Shown here: in pieces, positions 38,043-50,928 of the stretch
How the letters are laid out: each line of letters opens with the position of its first letter
Position numbering within the stretch: position 1 is the stretch's first letter
Assembly: GCA_012295275.1 (NCBI GenBank)
Contig: CM022671.1
Location: 12,462,001 to 12,526,000, forward strand
Source of the DNA: Chrysomallon squamiferum
Lineage: Eukaryota > Animalia > Mollusca
Direction: 5' to 3'
DNA: 64,000 bases
Translations under genes and position numbers: made by a program
The notes under the pieces: generated by a model
The model's database searches: none
Told to the model about the DNA's origin: nothing
Seen by the model: the letters and a program-made list of their open reading frames with translations, nothing else

Positions 38043-39533
38043 ATTTGGCAGATCTAATTTTTTTCTTCTTTATTTGAAATTCATTTCTTCTTGAATACAC
38101 TATTTCCAGAACTGTGAGAATACCTCCCTGCCCTGAAACCCTGGATTCACCCATGATATAGTTATAATGGTAAATAGCTACTTGTTTTCAAACCTCATGT
38201 GTTAACTACATAAGAATCGTGTGTGTTTTGTCAAGTGATATATATATCAAGACGTCCTGTATGATTTCTAGTCATGGTAAAATGTTAATTCCGACAGTGG
38301 GCGGTTTTGACCAGTTTTAATCATGGACAAAACTCGTTTACTGACTGACCAGACGGTTCATTTTTCACTCGGAATGTTTCTGACAGACAGCTAATTGGTG
38401 TATTCATCTGTTATGTGTACCATTATTTTTTATGTAAAGGAAAATATCATTTGAAGTTTTCTTTTCTTTTTTTTTTTTCTTTTTTTTATCTGAATAAAAA
38501 ACAAGAAATTTAAAAATAACTTCCTTATTATCTTTTTATCTGCAGTATTCTGTTTAACGAATATAAATATCGTATAGGGACTTTTTAATAGGATATTAAA
38601 AGGTGAATATTAGAACTTAGAATGCAGAAAATAAATAAAATATGTCTGTCGGTGATGTTCCTGATTAAAATAAAACTAAAATTATTGCTACGTATATTAA
38701 AAATGTAACCCCCCGCACAAAAAACAAAATTGCCTGCAAAACAAAACACACGCACAAACAAAAAAAAACACCCAGAAATATTTGCTGCTTTGATTTGATT
38801 TTCTAATACGTGGGTGCTGATGAACAGCTGAACAGGTGTATTTCACTATTAGTTTTATCCTGTCCTTTTCTCTTCTTTTTTAATGTTCTGTGATACTGAA
38901 CATGCTTTCTGGTATCTGCGTCACAGTCAAACATTTTATTTGAATCTAGGCTTGCCATGAGAAACTCGTGACTATGTAACCTCCAGCCAGCGTTCACCAG
39001 GATAAATGCAAACGAAACAACGTGGAGATTAGCTTATAAATAAAACTCTACCACTTAGCGTAGGAGTGCACTTCCTTTTGTCCTGATGAACTCACGTTTG
39101 TAAAGATATTACCCAAAACGTTTTGTATTGTCGAATGAACAATTCCACTATTAAGGAAATCCTATCGATTGATTTGGGTATTCACCACGGCTAACTGGAG
39201 ACAGAATGTTCCTCACTGAATGGCAGGAGATGAACGTTGAAATAATTCATCACTTTACATTCAATTACGAAATGTTGCTGTTGTGGCTTAACTTGGAGAT
39301 TTTAATTTGACGTCGAGACATCATACGTAAGACGTGATGTGAAAGAAAAAGAAAAATACTCTTTGTTTTCTCTCCTTGGGATGCTTGGACAAGGTAGGTG
39401 TCCGTAGAAGCATTTTTAAAACACTTATACTTATTTAATAATAATCTTTTTTCTATTTATTAGTTATTTCTTAATGGTAATTTTTAATTAACACACATAT
39501 ATATAGATAGATATCAAGAAAATTTCGTTTTCA

Positions 39534-39594
<61 letters not shown>

Positions 39595-41315
39595 TATTGA
39601 TGATGATGATGATAACTGATGATAAAAATAACGAGTACCCTGGCTTGCATGAAATTTGAATGGTTTAGGTACACCTAGCAGATTATTTCAACGTTTCTTT
39701 TTGCCTGTTGTTAAAAGAAATCAAACTAACATAGATTTTTGAATTATTTTTTTTTTTTTTATTTTACTTTATTTTATTTTTTTAAATATATTTAAATACT
39801 TTTTTTTTCTTTCTTTTATGGGGGAAAATACAATAACATATTTTTCCATCAGTGAAAGACTGAGTTTTAATAATGTATAGAAAATACAGTAAAACAAAAA
39901 TCAACAAAACAAACTGAGTGAACATAGTTTTATGTTCATTGATACATCAGCATCTTACGGTGATTAGATGATGAACATATGCTTTTCAGTCAGAAAGACA
40001 TAAGAAAATAAGTATTGTCAACACACAGTGATATATTAATAGATTAGATTAGCTGGTAGGAGTGAACAGTCATTAAATACTGTAAATTTAAAAGATGGTG
40101 TTAATATGAGAAATTCTAAATGAAAATAATAAAACAATCTATTATGAGCTTTTGAAAAGTAATAATAATCATGGATAAACTTCAAGATAATTATAGATTT
40201 TAAATATTAAAAAACCATATCAAAACAAAGAACCACAAAAAATACAACAAAACAATAATTAAGTATCTTTACATATTAACCCTTCACAAACACAGAAGGA
40301 ATTTCAGTTTGCTTTGGAGAAATTCATAACACAAATGAAAGCATTTTGAAACGGGCTACATTAATACAAAATTATCAGTTTTAGAAATGTTAGTAACTGA
40401 ACGTGACACTAGGGATGTTTTTCGATGACTACTTAAGAAAACCAGGCTTTGGTCTGGGAACGCTGCATTTTAACATCATGTCTACAGGGAATGTGTGTTT
40501 TTGATCAATATTTATGTTCCGTATTACAGAATCCACAGAGAATTGTGGAAGCTAAATATTACTGACGGTTGTGAGAGTAACAAATTAGAAACTCTGCTGC
40601 TCGGTCATTTGCACGTGAACTGTAACCAGTTAACAACCTGGAAGTAGACGTTAATTTTTATCTCTGTTTGATTTTCTCTAACTTTTAGTGTTTAATATAA
40701 TTACTATTTATAATAGCTTTTGAATAATTACCGTTTCCTCTGTTATTGCTGTGTTATCTTGTTTGTTTTTTCCAGAGGATGTAAGTTATATTTTTATTAG
40801 TTCATATTGATATTACTGTTTTAAAGATAGATAAAACCAACACAATTACTCCTACTATCATTCCTTCTATTACTACTGCTATAGCCTCTACCACTGATAC
40901 CAATACTTCTACTACTACTGCTACTTCTAAATCTACTGTTACTACTACTGTCACGTCTACAATTATTACAATTAATGATACAGATGTAACAATTAACTTA
41001 TAAAATCATAAAGGAAGATTATTATTATTATTATTGAATTCTTACAATTTTAACTACCACCAGCATTTTATTTGAAGAACTTGTAAATATTCACAAAAGA
41101 GTTTTAAACATCAGTGTTAATAAAAGCAGTTTTTCTGGAGATTAGGTGTTTGTGGGAAAGCTCCAAACCAAGGCTTGTTAAACTACGCACTCACCTGACA
41201 GCTCTGCTTCCCGTTTTACTTGTCAAAACAAATATTTTTCACTTTCTATTTTTTCTTTACTTATTTTTTCATTTTTATTTTCTGTGATAATTTTTAAATA
41301 CCATTTTGTTGTTTC

Positions 41316-41352
<37 letters not shown>

Positions 41353-42507
41353 TTTGTAATTTACATTTGAATTTAGTTATTACTTTAATTTTTATCCTTG
41401 GTGTTTGTGTTTTTGAAGTTATCTCTTTCTTTAAAGAATTCGTTTCACTCTTATTTTTGGGGGATTTTTTTTAATCCACACATAATTTATAATGAATATT
41501 GCACTTTCCTTAATACAGTTACAAATGAAACAAAATAAAACAATGTATCTAGTAAGTAAAGCAATATAGTCAAATACATTACTGATTTATATAAATCTAC
41601 AAAACACAAAAAACAACAACTAAACATGAATTCTATTATTTTGATATACATACAATAAACCAGTGAGCTATGCCCTCTTTGCAGATTATGACAATTGGAT
41701 GTCTAGGTGTTCGGGGCCAAAATAAGAGAAATGGCGTGCTGGATTACTTAAAAGGTTAAATTATAATCTTTATTATATGCATTTAAAATGTATTCAAACA
41801 GAACGTGTTCAGTTATTACATAAGTAATGTAGAAATGTTCTGTAATTCTGAATATAACATAAAATAAAAACAGGTAATTTAGGAAAAGTCACCGTCCTAA
41901 ACTCACTAAGTTAAGCTAGCTCATTTATGTTTACATTTACCCAATCCAACAGAAATTTTAACATATAAAATTATTTGGGTTTTTAAAAATATATTTGGCA
42001 TAATAAAACTGAAAAGCTAAATGAACTTGAATAATGCAATATTTTATAAGAGCTTAAAATGCATATAGATTAGAAGAATGTTCTTATAAAACTGTAAGTG
42101 AACAATGTTTTAATCTGTAACAAAACCACCAGCCAATGATTTCACTGCACATGGTGAATATTTTATAAAGCGCAAACTGAACATATATCAGTTTAGGTAC
42201 AATTACAAGAGAAACAAAACCAACAAAATATAAATCAAACTTTATTTGGTATAATAACAACGAAATATGTGTAGCAAATACAGTCTTTATATAAACGCTA
42301 TTTCTATAATGGTTTATAACTGACTTACCGAATGTACTTGGAGACTTATTAACGTATAATACTTAAAATTTCGTTGCTTCATTAATAAAAATCATTAAAA
42401 CTTTTAGTTAGATTATTAACATGATGATAATAACAAATAATAGTAGAAATAGTACTAGTAGAGGTAGTAGCAAAAGCAGCAGTCGTAGTCGTAGTAGCAG
42501 TAATAAA

Positions 42508-42567
<60 letters not shown>

Positions 42568-45035
42568 AAGAAGAAATATAATTTTAAAAATATATTTATT
42601 CGTACTTGTAGACTTAACATTGTCTAATCAGAAAGTATAACTAGAAAGCAGAAGTGGACAAGTTTCAGTGACCTATAGTTACAAGAATAAAAACAATTAC
42701 ACACTAATAAATGTCAAACATTCTGTCCACGGGCAGAGAGATACAGATAATGTAATTAGAATGACTATATGTCTGAAGTGATATTTCTTAACTGTAAAAT
42801 AAACTTAATATATTTGCTATATCTTATACGACACCAGATTAAATAATTGATATTCCGTTAAACGTTTCCTGTACACCTTGCAGTAATACGCGATTGTAAA
42901 GTAAGACATTACAGGAGCAGACACCAGAAAACTTTAAAGATAATCGTAAATTCTGTTATAATCAGAACGAAACAGAATTTGTTTTACATCGGAAGATCTT
43001 TCTTTGATGCGCTGCAAATGTTTACATTGATAATGAAAAATAAACGTCATTAACATTTATGGGAAACAATTAAGTCGGCGAAAATAGATTGATACTTACT
43101 GAATTACATGGTGGATTAACACAACACTTCGTTTATTGACATTGTTGAAACAGAATATATTTACTGATAGATAATGCATTTACGTCTCATTTATTTATTG
43201 GAAATACACACATACACACAAACATAGACAAGCACACAATTCTATTTTGTTTCGCCATTTATTCAGTTTCTCTTTACGTACTTCCAATTATGTAAAAGTA
43301 AATATTTGACATTAAAATAATTATTTCATTCACTTGACAATATCTGCAGTCTAATTCAACGTTTTTAACAGTCAGAGACAGTATTGCTATTTTGGTTTAA
43401 TAAAACTGTCAATTGTGATGAACAAATAACTGAAAGGATTTATTAAAGTTATCTTCAATCAAAACTGGATTTTGAAAGGATTAGTGCCGAGCCGACAGAT
43501 TAAAGAGAATCAATAAGAACATTTTGAGAATTTCAGATTTGACACAATTATTAGTTTGTAAAATCCTTATGCATTAAATAAATTTTACTTGTTTTTTATT
43601 AGTTTCCTTTATCGATTTCTTTGTTTTATACTTTATCTTATTTTTTATTGTATTCTGTGGCAAACTTATATTTTTGAGGTTCTGAAGTTTTTAATCGGGT
43701 CCTTGGTCACCAGAAACGAGGTGTAGATAACAACTGTCATCTTCTTCAGTGGTACTGCTCCATGGAAACACCAATCTTTTTATTAACCATACACAACGTC
43801 TTCTCAGATTTTTAAATTAAAATTGCAATGTTAGATTATTTCACATTTCAGTGTCACTGGTGTGAATACAAATTTTCTAAGTTTAATGTTTTCACGTTTT
43901 GGGGAACGACAGTTAGTTAAAAGAATGGTGAAATAAATCATAGAAAATATATTTTGTTTTAGAAACAAGTGAGTATACCTATTAAATGGAGTACAGCTTA
44001 CACATAGCAAGGCCTGAACACTTCAGTAGATCTAATAAATGCACGCGATATGGACTAAAATGGCTTCTGAGGCCCATTCGCGCTTTGAAGCTTTGGCATC
44101 ATTCGTGTCTTTGTAGACCACTCTGGCTGTACTGTTACTTTGTCGATAAGATAGCGGCTTCATTTCTTTAGAAAGGGATGCCAATAAATAAACAGATATA
44201 CATCATTCAAAATCGACTATAACAAATTATTAACATTACAGTTTGTATTTGCATCATACAGTCGTCACCCAGTATAACGGGTGTAGTGGAGGGAGGTTTA
44301 AAACATTAAAACATGTAGATTTACTGCTTCCACTTCTCTGTGCGACTCCTTGCGTACGTGCTCTCAGAAATACGAGTTATGATATTTTCCAAATAACTAT
44401 TGGTTTAGCGTATCATGGATAGTTATATCTAGTAAACACGATCAAAGGGCCTTGGAAATATTATTAAAGGCAATAACTCAGCTCTGCCTATCTCATCGTG
44501 ATTGAAACGCGTGATTCAATCAACAGCATCTGCTATTTAATTACTAAAGAAAAAAGAAAGCAGCTGGTGAATAATTCCACTTTGAAGCAGTCTGAAAAAT
44601 TCAGAATAATCGAATAACAGGATTACACACCGCTGTACATGTAACCTTTGAAAAAATACGTCAGTAATAAAACAAATCTTAAAATGATTTCTTGGAGTTA
44701 TCTGCTATTTTTGAATGTACGTATTTTCTAAATTTAAATAGATGCGGATTATAAATAACAAAATATATTTTATACAGCTTAATAAAACTAAACATCAGTA
44801 CTTTAGTTTAGATCTCCGACATCACGGTCTCTGTAGGTAAATAGGTTTGACGTCATGCTTATGTCAGATGGAAGTGTATTTATATTTTTGCTGTTATTTG
44901 ATAAATTAAACTGTTGTTTTTCGATCTTTGCAGATGAAAAGAAAAAAAATTAACCATTGAAAATCAACAAATCATCTTTTCCTGATCTTATCAAGAATCA
45001 GACAATCTGCAGGGAAAACGAGAAAAGAAATAAAC

Positions 45036-46961
45036 ATGAGAACCGAGAACTATAATATGCTCTTTTTATGTTTCGTCATTGGAAAATGTCATTCGGCAAT
45101 TTCCGAAAAACCTCGTTGTGAGTTTCCAGATTTTCTTCAAACGAGTGATACGAAGCCTTGGATGTTAAACCACACTGACACGCTGGTGACGTACTACATA
45201 AACCGTGGAGTTATGTCAGCCTACGACTGTCGCAAGGAAACGCGGGAATGTTCTAGCTTTAAACGAGTCTGCTGGATGTCCTTTGCCGGAAATAAATTTC
45301 TAGTTAAACACTTAGAATCAGATTTTAAAAATAAATATCTCTGTATGCAATTTCTTAGACGCAGTCGAAGCATTGTTCAAATCAGAATCTCACACACCAA
45401 GAACGGCAAGTCGAGTAAATATTTGTGTAATTCACATTACCTGTCGCTTGATCCTTGGCCTTGGATTTCAGAAGAACATTTCAAGGATGCCCAAGAAGAT
45501 TGTCCGTTTTCCGGTGGATACAATTTTGAATTGTTTTATTTCGATCGTTACGGCGAGCAGGCAAAATGTGGCGACGCGATTCCGCCTGTCAGGATAGAAA
45601 GTGACTGCGGACCGAAAGAAGGAGTCGTCTTTAATTTTCAGAGTAAGAGCTGCGTGCACAAACAGAGTAACTTTGATATCGTGCAGCATACAACGTGTGT
45701 CGCTTCTTGGAGTGATAAGGGTGACGGATTTGCCGTTCTGCGGAAAGCAAATGACCGCTATTTCTGGTGCATGCGAGTCAGTTATGGGCCTGATGGAGAC
45801 GTGGCAAAGGTAATCGTATTCCTTGACTGGATGTGCGACTATTCTCAAAACATTACAAGAACGAAAAGACATATTGAGTTTCAGAAGCTGGAAAAACGAA
45901 ACGTCACAGACGTATGTACAGACGAGTTTTACGGCTGTGCATTGATGTACGAGTTCTGTCATACAAAATGGCAATATCTTTGTCCTAAAACATGCGGCGA
46001 ATGCAGCAGCAGTGCTTCCACAAATCCTTGCTCCTTTCCACAAAGTATTGTTGGAAACTGGATAATGAGCGATCTCTCAGAAAAGTTAATCTTTGTTATA
46101 AAACAAACGACATTTCTAATGCCGCAGTATGGAGAGTTTCAATGTATAACTTTCAGACATCAAACAATGCCTCTGAGGAGAGTTTTGCTTCGAAAATTTC
46201 GAAATGGTTGTTATCCGCGTTTCATGTGCTTTCAGTTCGACTTGGCAGCTCCGTCAGTTATGCGCATGCGTCTGAGTAACATGCTAATATGGCCTGTGAC
46301 TCTTTCCGACGAGAACATATGCAAAAAAGAACAATTTGTGACAGCAACGAATGTCCGTCGTTTGAACCATTCTCCTTTCATGAGACCTTACCGCAGCCTA
46401 GTCAAAGTGAGCTCCCAGCCTCACAGGGTGGCTTGCAGTTTGCCCGGCAGACTTCCTCACGTCGTGTCTTTTGTAGATCGCTATGGCAAGATCGGGTGCT
46501 TAACACAAGATACAGTTTCTTTTCCCAGGAAGTTGTTTCTCTCCTATAACACTGGTAGCTCGATTAAACACCACAGAACGTTTAACTGTATCGGTGCTCT
46601 TAGACATATTGGTAGCTATCGCTCAGTTATCACCAGCACAGAAAATGCTGAGGCAGAATTCTTTTGTTGGATAATAGTACGTTTAGATCTCATTCTACAG
46701 GTACCAGCTGCTACATGTAATTCACTGACAGCAGAATACATACTCAGTGGTAGAAAGGAGTTCGCGAATCATCTAATTAACAGTTACGAAGTGATGAACG
46801 CAACAACAGAATGTGAAGACTTTTATGCAATGGATACTCGCCTTACTGAAAACTGGAATCAGCTTCCGTATGTTGGAAGTTGCGACACTCTGTATATAGG
46901 TTACCTGCAGATATCAATTTTTATATTTTATTGTCTAGGATTTCAGTATTGTGAGATTTGA
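45036..46961 (+). CDS. Cys-rich secreted or membrane-anchored protein (641 aa) with an internal ShKT-like domain; single coding exon
   Basis: Uninterrupted 1926-nt ORF with raised GC. Signal-like MLFLCFVIGKCHSA; repeated CxFP...W module starts (CEFPDFLQ, CSFPQSIVGNW, CPFSGGYNF); ShKT-like CTDEFYGCALMYEFCHTKWQYLCPKTCGEC; hydrophobic C-terminus YLQISIFIFYCLGF. Acceptor TTTGCAG| at 44933. Resemblance to DUF7042/7043-type invertebrate proteins is from memory and unverified. Confidence 0.9.
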   Translation: MRTENYNMLFLCFVIGKCHSAISEKPRCEFPDFLQTSDTKPWMLNHTDTLVTYYINRGVMSAYDCRKETRECSSFKRVCWMSFAGNKFLVKHLESDFKNKYLCMQFLRRSRSIVQIRISHTKNGKSSKYLCNSHYLSLDPWPWISEEHFKDAQEDCPFSGGYNFELFYFDRYGEQAKCGDAIPPVRIESDCGPKEGVVFNFQSKSCVHKQSNFDIVQHTTCVASWSDKGDGFAVLRKANDRYFWCMRVSYGPDGDVAKVIVFLDWMCDYSQNITRTKRHIEFQKLEKRNVTDVCTDEFYGCALMYEFCHTKWQYLCPKTCGECSSSASTNPCSFPQSIVGNWIMSDLSEKLIFVIKQTTFLMPQYGEFQCITFRHQTMPLRRVLLRKFRNGCYPRFMCFQFDLAAPSVMRMRLSNMLIWPVTLSDENICKKEQFVTATNVRRLNHSPFMRPYRSLVKVSSQPHRVACSLPGRLPHVVSFVDRYGKIGCLTQDTVSFPRKLFLSYNTGSSIKHHRTFNCIGALRHIGSYRSVITSTENAEAEFFCWIIVRLDLILQVPAATCNSLTAEYILSGRKEFANHLINSYEVMNATTECEDFYAMDTRLTENWNQLPYVGSCDTLYIGYLQISIFIFYCLGFQYCEI

Positions 46962-47604
46962 AAAATAATCCTGTACTAACATTTTAATAAATTATCTATC
47001 TTATTCTAAAAAAGAATTTGTATGTTTAGAATTCGAAATATATGCACCTTATCATAGTTAACTCTATCGTAAACGAATAAAAAAAAAATCATAGATCTTT
47101 TTTATATAGATATATTTTAATTTTAAAATCTTCTCAGTCTTCATTTTCTCAATATTTAGTACTAGACAACTTTAACAAAGGAAAGTTTATTTCTTTCTTG
47201 TTTTTTTTTTTTTTTTTTTTTGCTTTTTTTACAAAATAACATATATGTGTATATAAAGATAGTTTATTAAAATATTAATCTTGCTTTCTAAACATCCATA
47301 TTTATGTCCATTTTTGTTCTTAATGTTATATTATGTTCATTTAATTGATTCTTGCAGTATCCTTAGAAATATTATAAATTTTTACTTGTATCATTATTTT
47401 ATCAGTCCTGTATTTTTTGTAAATATGCATTAATATTAACATATATAGCAAGTAAAATTTGAGTTACACAATCGTTAGACGATCGAGTCTCTTTCTTTGT
47501 TGTTTTCACCATATTTCGCCTATTGTTTTCTCTGTAATAAATTATGTTAAGTCGTATGTGCAAAATCTCTTTTAAGACTGAGCAAATGAAATTAGGTTAT
47601 TATC

Positions 47605-47635
<31 letters not shown>

Positions 47636-48330
47636 TTTATTTTATTTTATTTTGTTATTTATTTATTTATTTATTATTTTGATCGTGGGTGTTAACACTA
47701 TTTAACAATACAAATAAACATTAAATAAAAATTATGAATGAAAGAATACAAATCTAAGAAAACTGGGGGAGATTACAAAAGGAGGAAACAAATTCTCGTA
47801 GCAAAATAGCATTTTATTAAAGGATTTGTTTTTCGACATTCGTTTGTTCGGAGGACGTATTTACTAGAAATCAGATTTATGATGTCATAGGCCAGAGTCG
47901 TGATTTAAGAATTTTGTCACATTCATTTATAATTTTGTGGATTGTCTCAATTTGAACGTGACGCGACTGCTCGCCAGATCACGCCACGCTGTTAGCCATT
48001 ACAAGCTGCACTCTTCGTTAACGTGTTTCAATTTCACGCTTCTTTGTTTTACAGTCCAGCCAGTTTTGTTTACAGAAAAAGACATCTCTTTTAATAGCAT
48101 CCTTGTTCTCTCTTTTCCCAACCTCACTACTTTATCTACTACTTTTCATTGAATCATTTTGAGTACGCTGGCATATGCCCACTTACACACACACAAACAC
48201 ACAAACAAAATTTAGGCTATCATTATAAATAAGGGTAACAAATTGTAATTTCATAACAACTACAAAAAAGAAAAAAGAAAGAAGAAATAAAAGAAACTGA
48301 AGAAAATAATTTAAAAGTTAAAAGTTAAAA

Positions 48331-48374
<44 letters not shown>

Positions 48375-49172
48375 ATAAGTAAATAAATAATTAAATAATT
48401 AAATAAATAAGTTGGTAAATCTTGCTAAAGAAAAAGTGCATCCTTTGAGATTGATCTGACAACCTTAGATGCGTCATTATCATAATCAAATCTGTAGTTT
48501 TATTGAACTATTCTAGGACAGATATTTGAAATTATCAATATTACGTGAAAAATAAGCATGCCTATATCCTCGAATTGTTCATTATTTCTCATCAATCCAT
48601 AAACCCTGTTGTTTGTTGTTGGCAATAAACAATGTTTGAATAGAACTCGCTCTGCCCTTGGGAAAATATACTCACAAATTGTCAATTAATAAATACAGAT
48701 GGTACTTGATAACCTGGAACTAATTACCAAATGAAGATAAAATATCGTTTTGTATCGTTGCGTGTTTTCTTTTCTCTGAAATATTTAGAACAGTCATACA
48801 CTACACTTCCGTTTTCTTTAAACTGAATTACGAAAGAGGATAAGATATTTTATTATCATTTATGTAATTATTAACATTTATTTTTTTAACTATATTATTT
48901 TCAATGATGTTTTTTTTTGTTGTTGTTTTTTTTTTTTTTTTTTTTTTTTTAAATATAAGCTAAATGTTTATGAATTTCGAACGTAAACTACTAAAATTCA
49001 GATGCATGAAATGTTCTGTTTATACCTTGAACAAAAATCTAGTACTGCAGAAGATTTCTCTGATCATTGTTAAAATAATAATGATTAATTAATTCCAAAG
49101 ACACAATACTTAGCGAATGTGTTTACAGATACTATCATACAACAAAGCTAGGCATTTCACTTTATCAAACCC

Positions 49173-49257
<85 letters not shown>

Positions 49258-49314
49258 GTTGTTGTTGTTGTTGTTGTTGTTGTTACTGTTACTGTTACTG
49301 TTACTGTTACTGTT
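49173..49314. repeat. Compound microsatellite (ATA)n(GTT)n(GTTACT)n
   Basis: Directly visible runs. Confidence 0.9.
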
Positions 49315-50856
49315 ATCATAATCCAAGGTATTTTCTTTTGGATATTTTCATTCTGATTTAAAAAGATCTGATGCAAATATGGATAATTTAGAAAATTATT
49401 AATAAATAATAATCTGATAAACTGCAAGAATAAGCAAGCTTATTTCAGTAAATGTTTCAGTGTCAAATCTTTCGTTAAAACGTATTTCACTTAACTTTTT
49501 AATTAATATATAAATTATTGTAAAAGGTCACCCAACAACAGAATTCGAGGAAATGTTCTTTACATTATATCTGTTAGCTTATAAAAGTCGTTAAAAATTT
49601 TCTTTACATTTTTGCTTAGTCAGTTGTTAAAGATGTTCTTTACATTGTATCTAGATAGTCATTAAACTGTTGTTTACATTTTGGTTTAGTCATTAAAACT
49701 AATCTTTACATTTTGGCCTATGCGATCGTTCAAACTGTTGTTTACATTTTGGATTAGAATAACTTAAAATATTTATTTATTTTCGTAATTTTGATTACCA
49801 TACAGATTAATTTATTGTAAGGATGCGGTAGAGGATAATCACAGAAACTGTGAAGTTTAGCACAGGAAGACAATGAAAAAATAGCTTTTAACATGGTGTA
49901 AGAAAATCAGAAAATCTTACCGAGGATTTCCGTAGTTTGGTTTTTCTGACAATGTTTCATCTACACAAATGTAGATTAGCTTCAATAATTTTATTATACT
50001 ACAAATTTCCATTAATGACATATTTCTTTATCCATTACACATTTAAGCTGAAATAGATTTTAAATTCCAGGGTAAGGAATATGTTTTGTAAACAGACACT
50101 GTGATACATTCTTTTCTTTTACACGCTAATATCATGCAATATGAATGCATGTTTACACATTTTATTGTACTTACAAAGTTATTCAAACATGAAAAAAAAA
50201 TATGTACAAGTTATTATAAATAAAAGATTAAAAATATTTTTTTAAACATGAATCTCTCTAATGTTTTATTGGATCAATATCTCTCACAGGACCCATTACA
50301 CGGTTGACAGCCAACGATGTGTTATAATATTTTAATATTCCATTTGTTTCTTTCAAATAAAAACTTTCTATTTTGAAGAAAAACAACAGCATCAACAGTC
50401 ACAACAATAATAATAACAAATTAAATTAAATTAAAAATCAAAATGCTTCTGATCAGTCATTTTAGTGGATTTGTTTTGGCCTTCCGAAGTACACCCATAA
50501 TGTTTTGATGCTAATGTATCATAATAATTTGATATGACAGACATTAGCAAACAATAGAAAAATTATAAATTCAACAATTTCTCCGTGTAAAAATCAATAA
50601 GGTATCAGTAATCTTTTCACAAGCAGTGTTTTATTCATGAGAGCTACGGATTTTGTTACGTACTCCGAGATATTCTGTGAGTTATATGTGTAGCCATCAT
50701 TTTGAGAAATAATAGAAATGACACAAAGGAAGTAACAAAACTATCTATACGTGACCAGCAGAACCGAGAAATTCACAACAACATTCTTACAGAGCCAGCA
50801 CACATTACTTCTGTTTTATACATTTTGTTTCTTAATTTTACTTTTAAAATTTCAGT

Positions 50857-50928
<72 letters not shown>

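Noticed and set aside
45373-46549. Alternative-frame and antisense ORFs inside the 641-aa gene (likewise inside the kinase and the large exons)
   Set aside because: Expected shadow ORFs of GC-richer coding sequence; no motifs.
49921-49960. Possible isolated minus-strand 40-nt exon (TAG|...|GTAAGA)
   Set aside because: Weak pyrimidine tract, no partner exons, no recognisable peptide.
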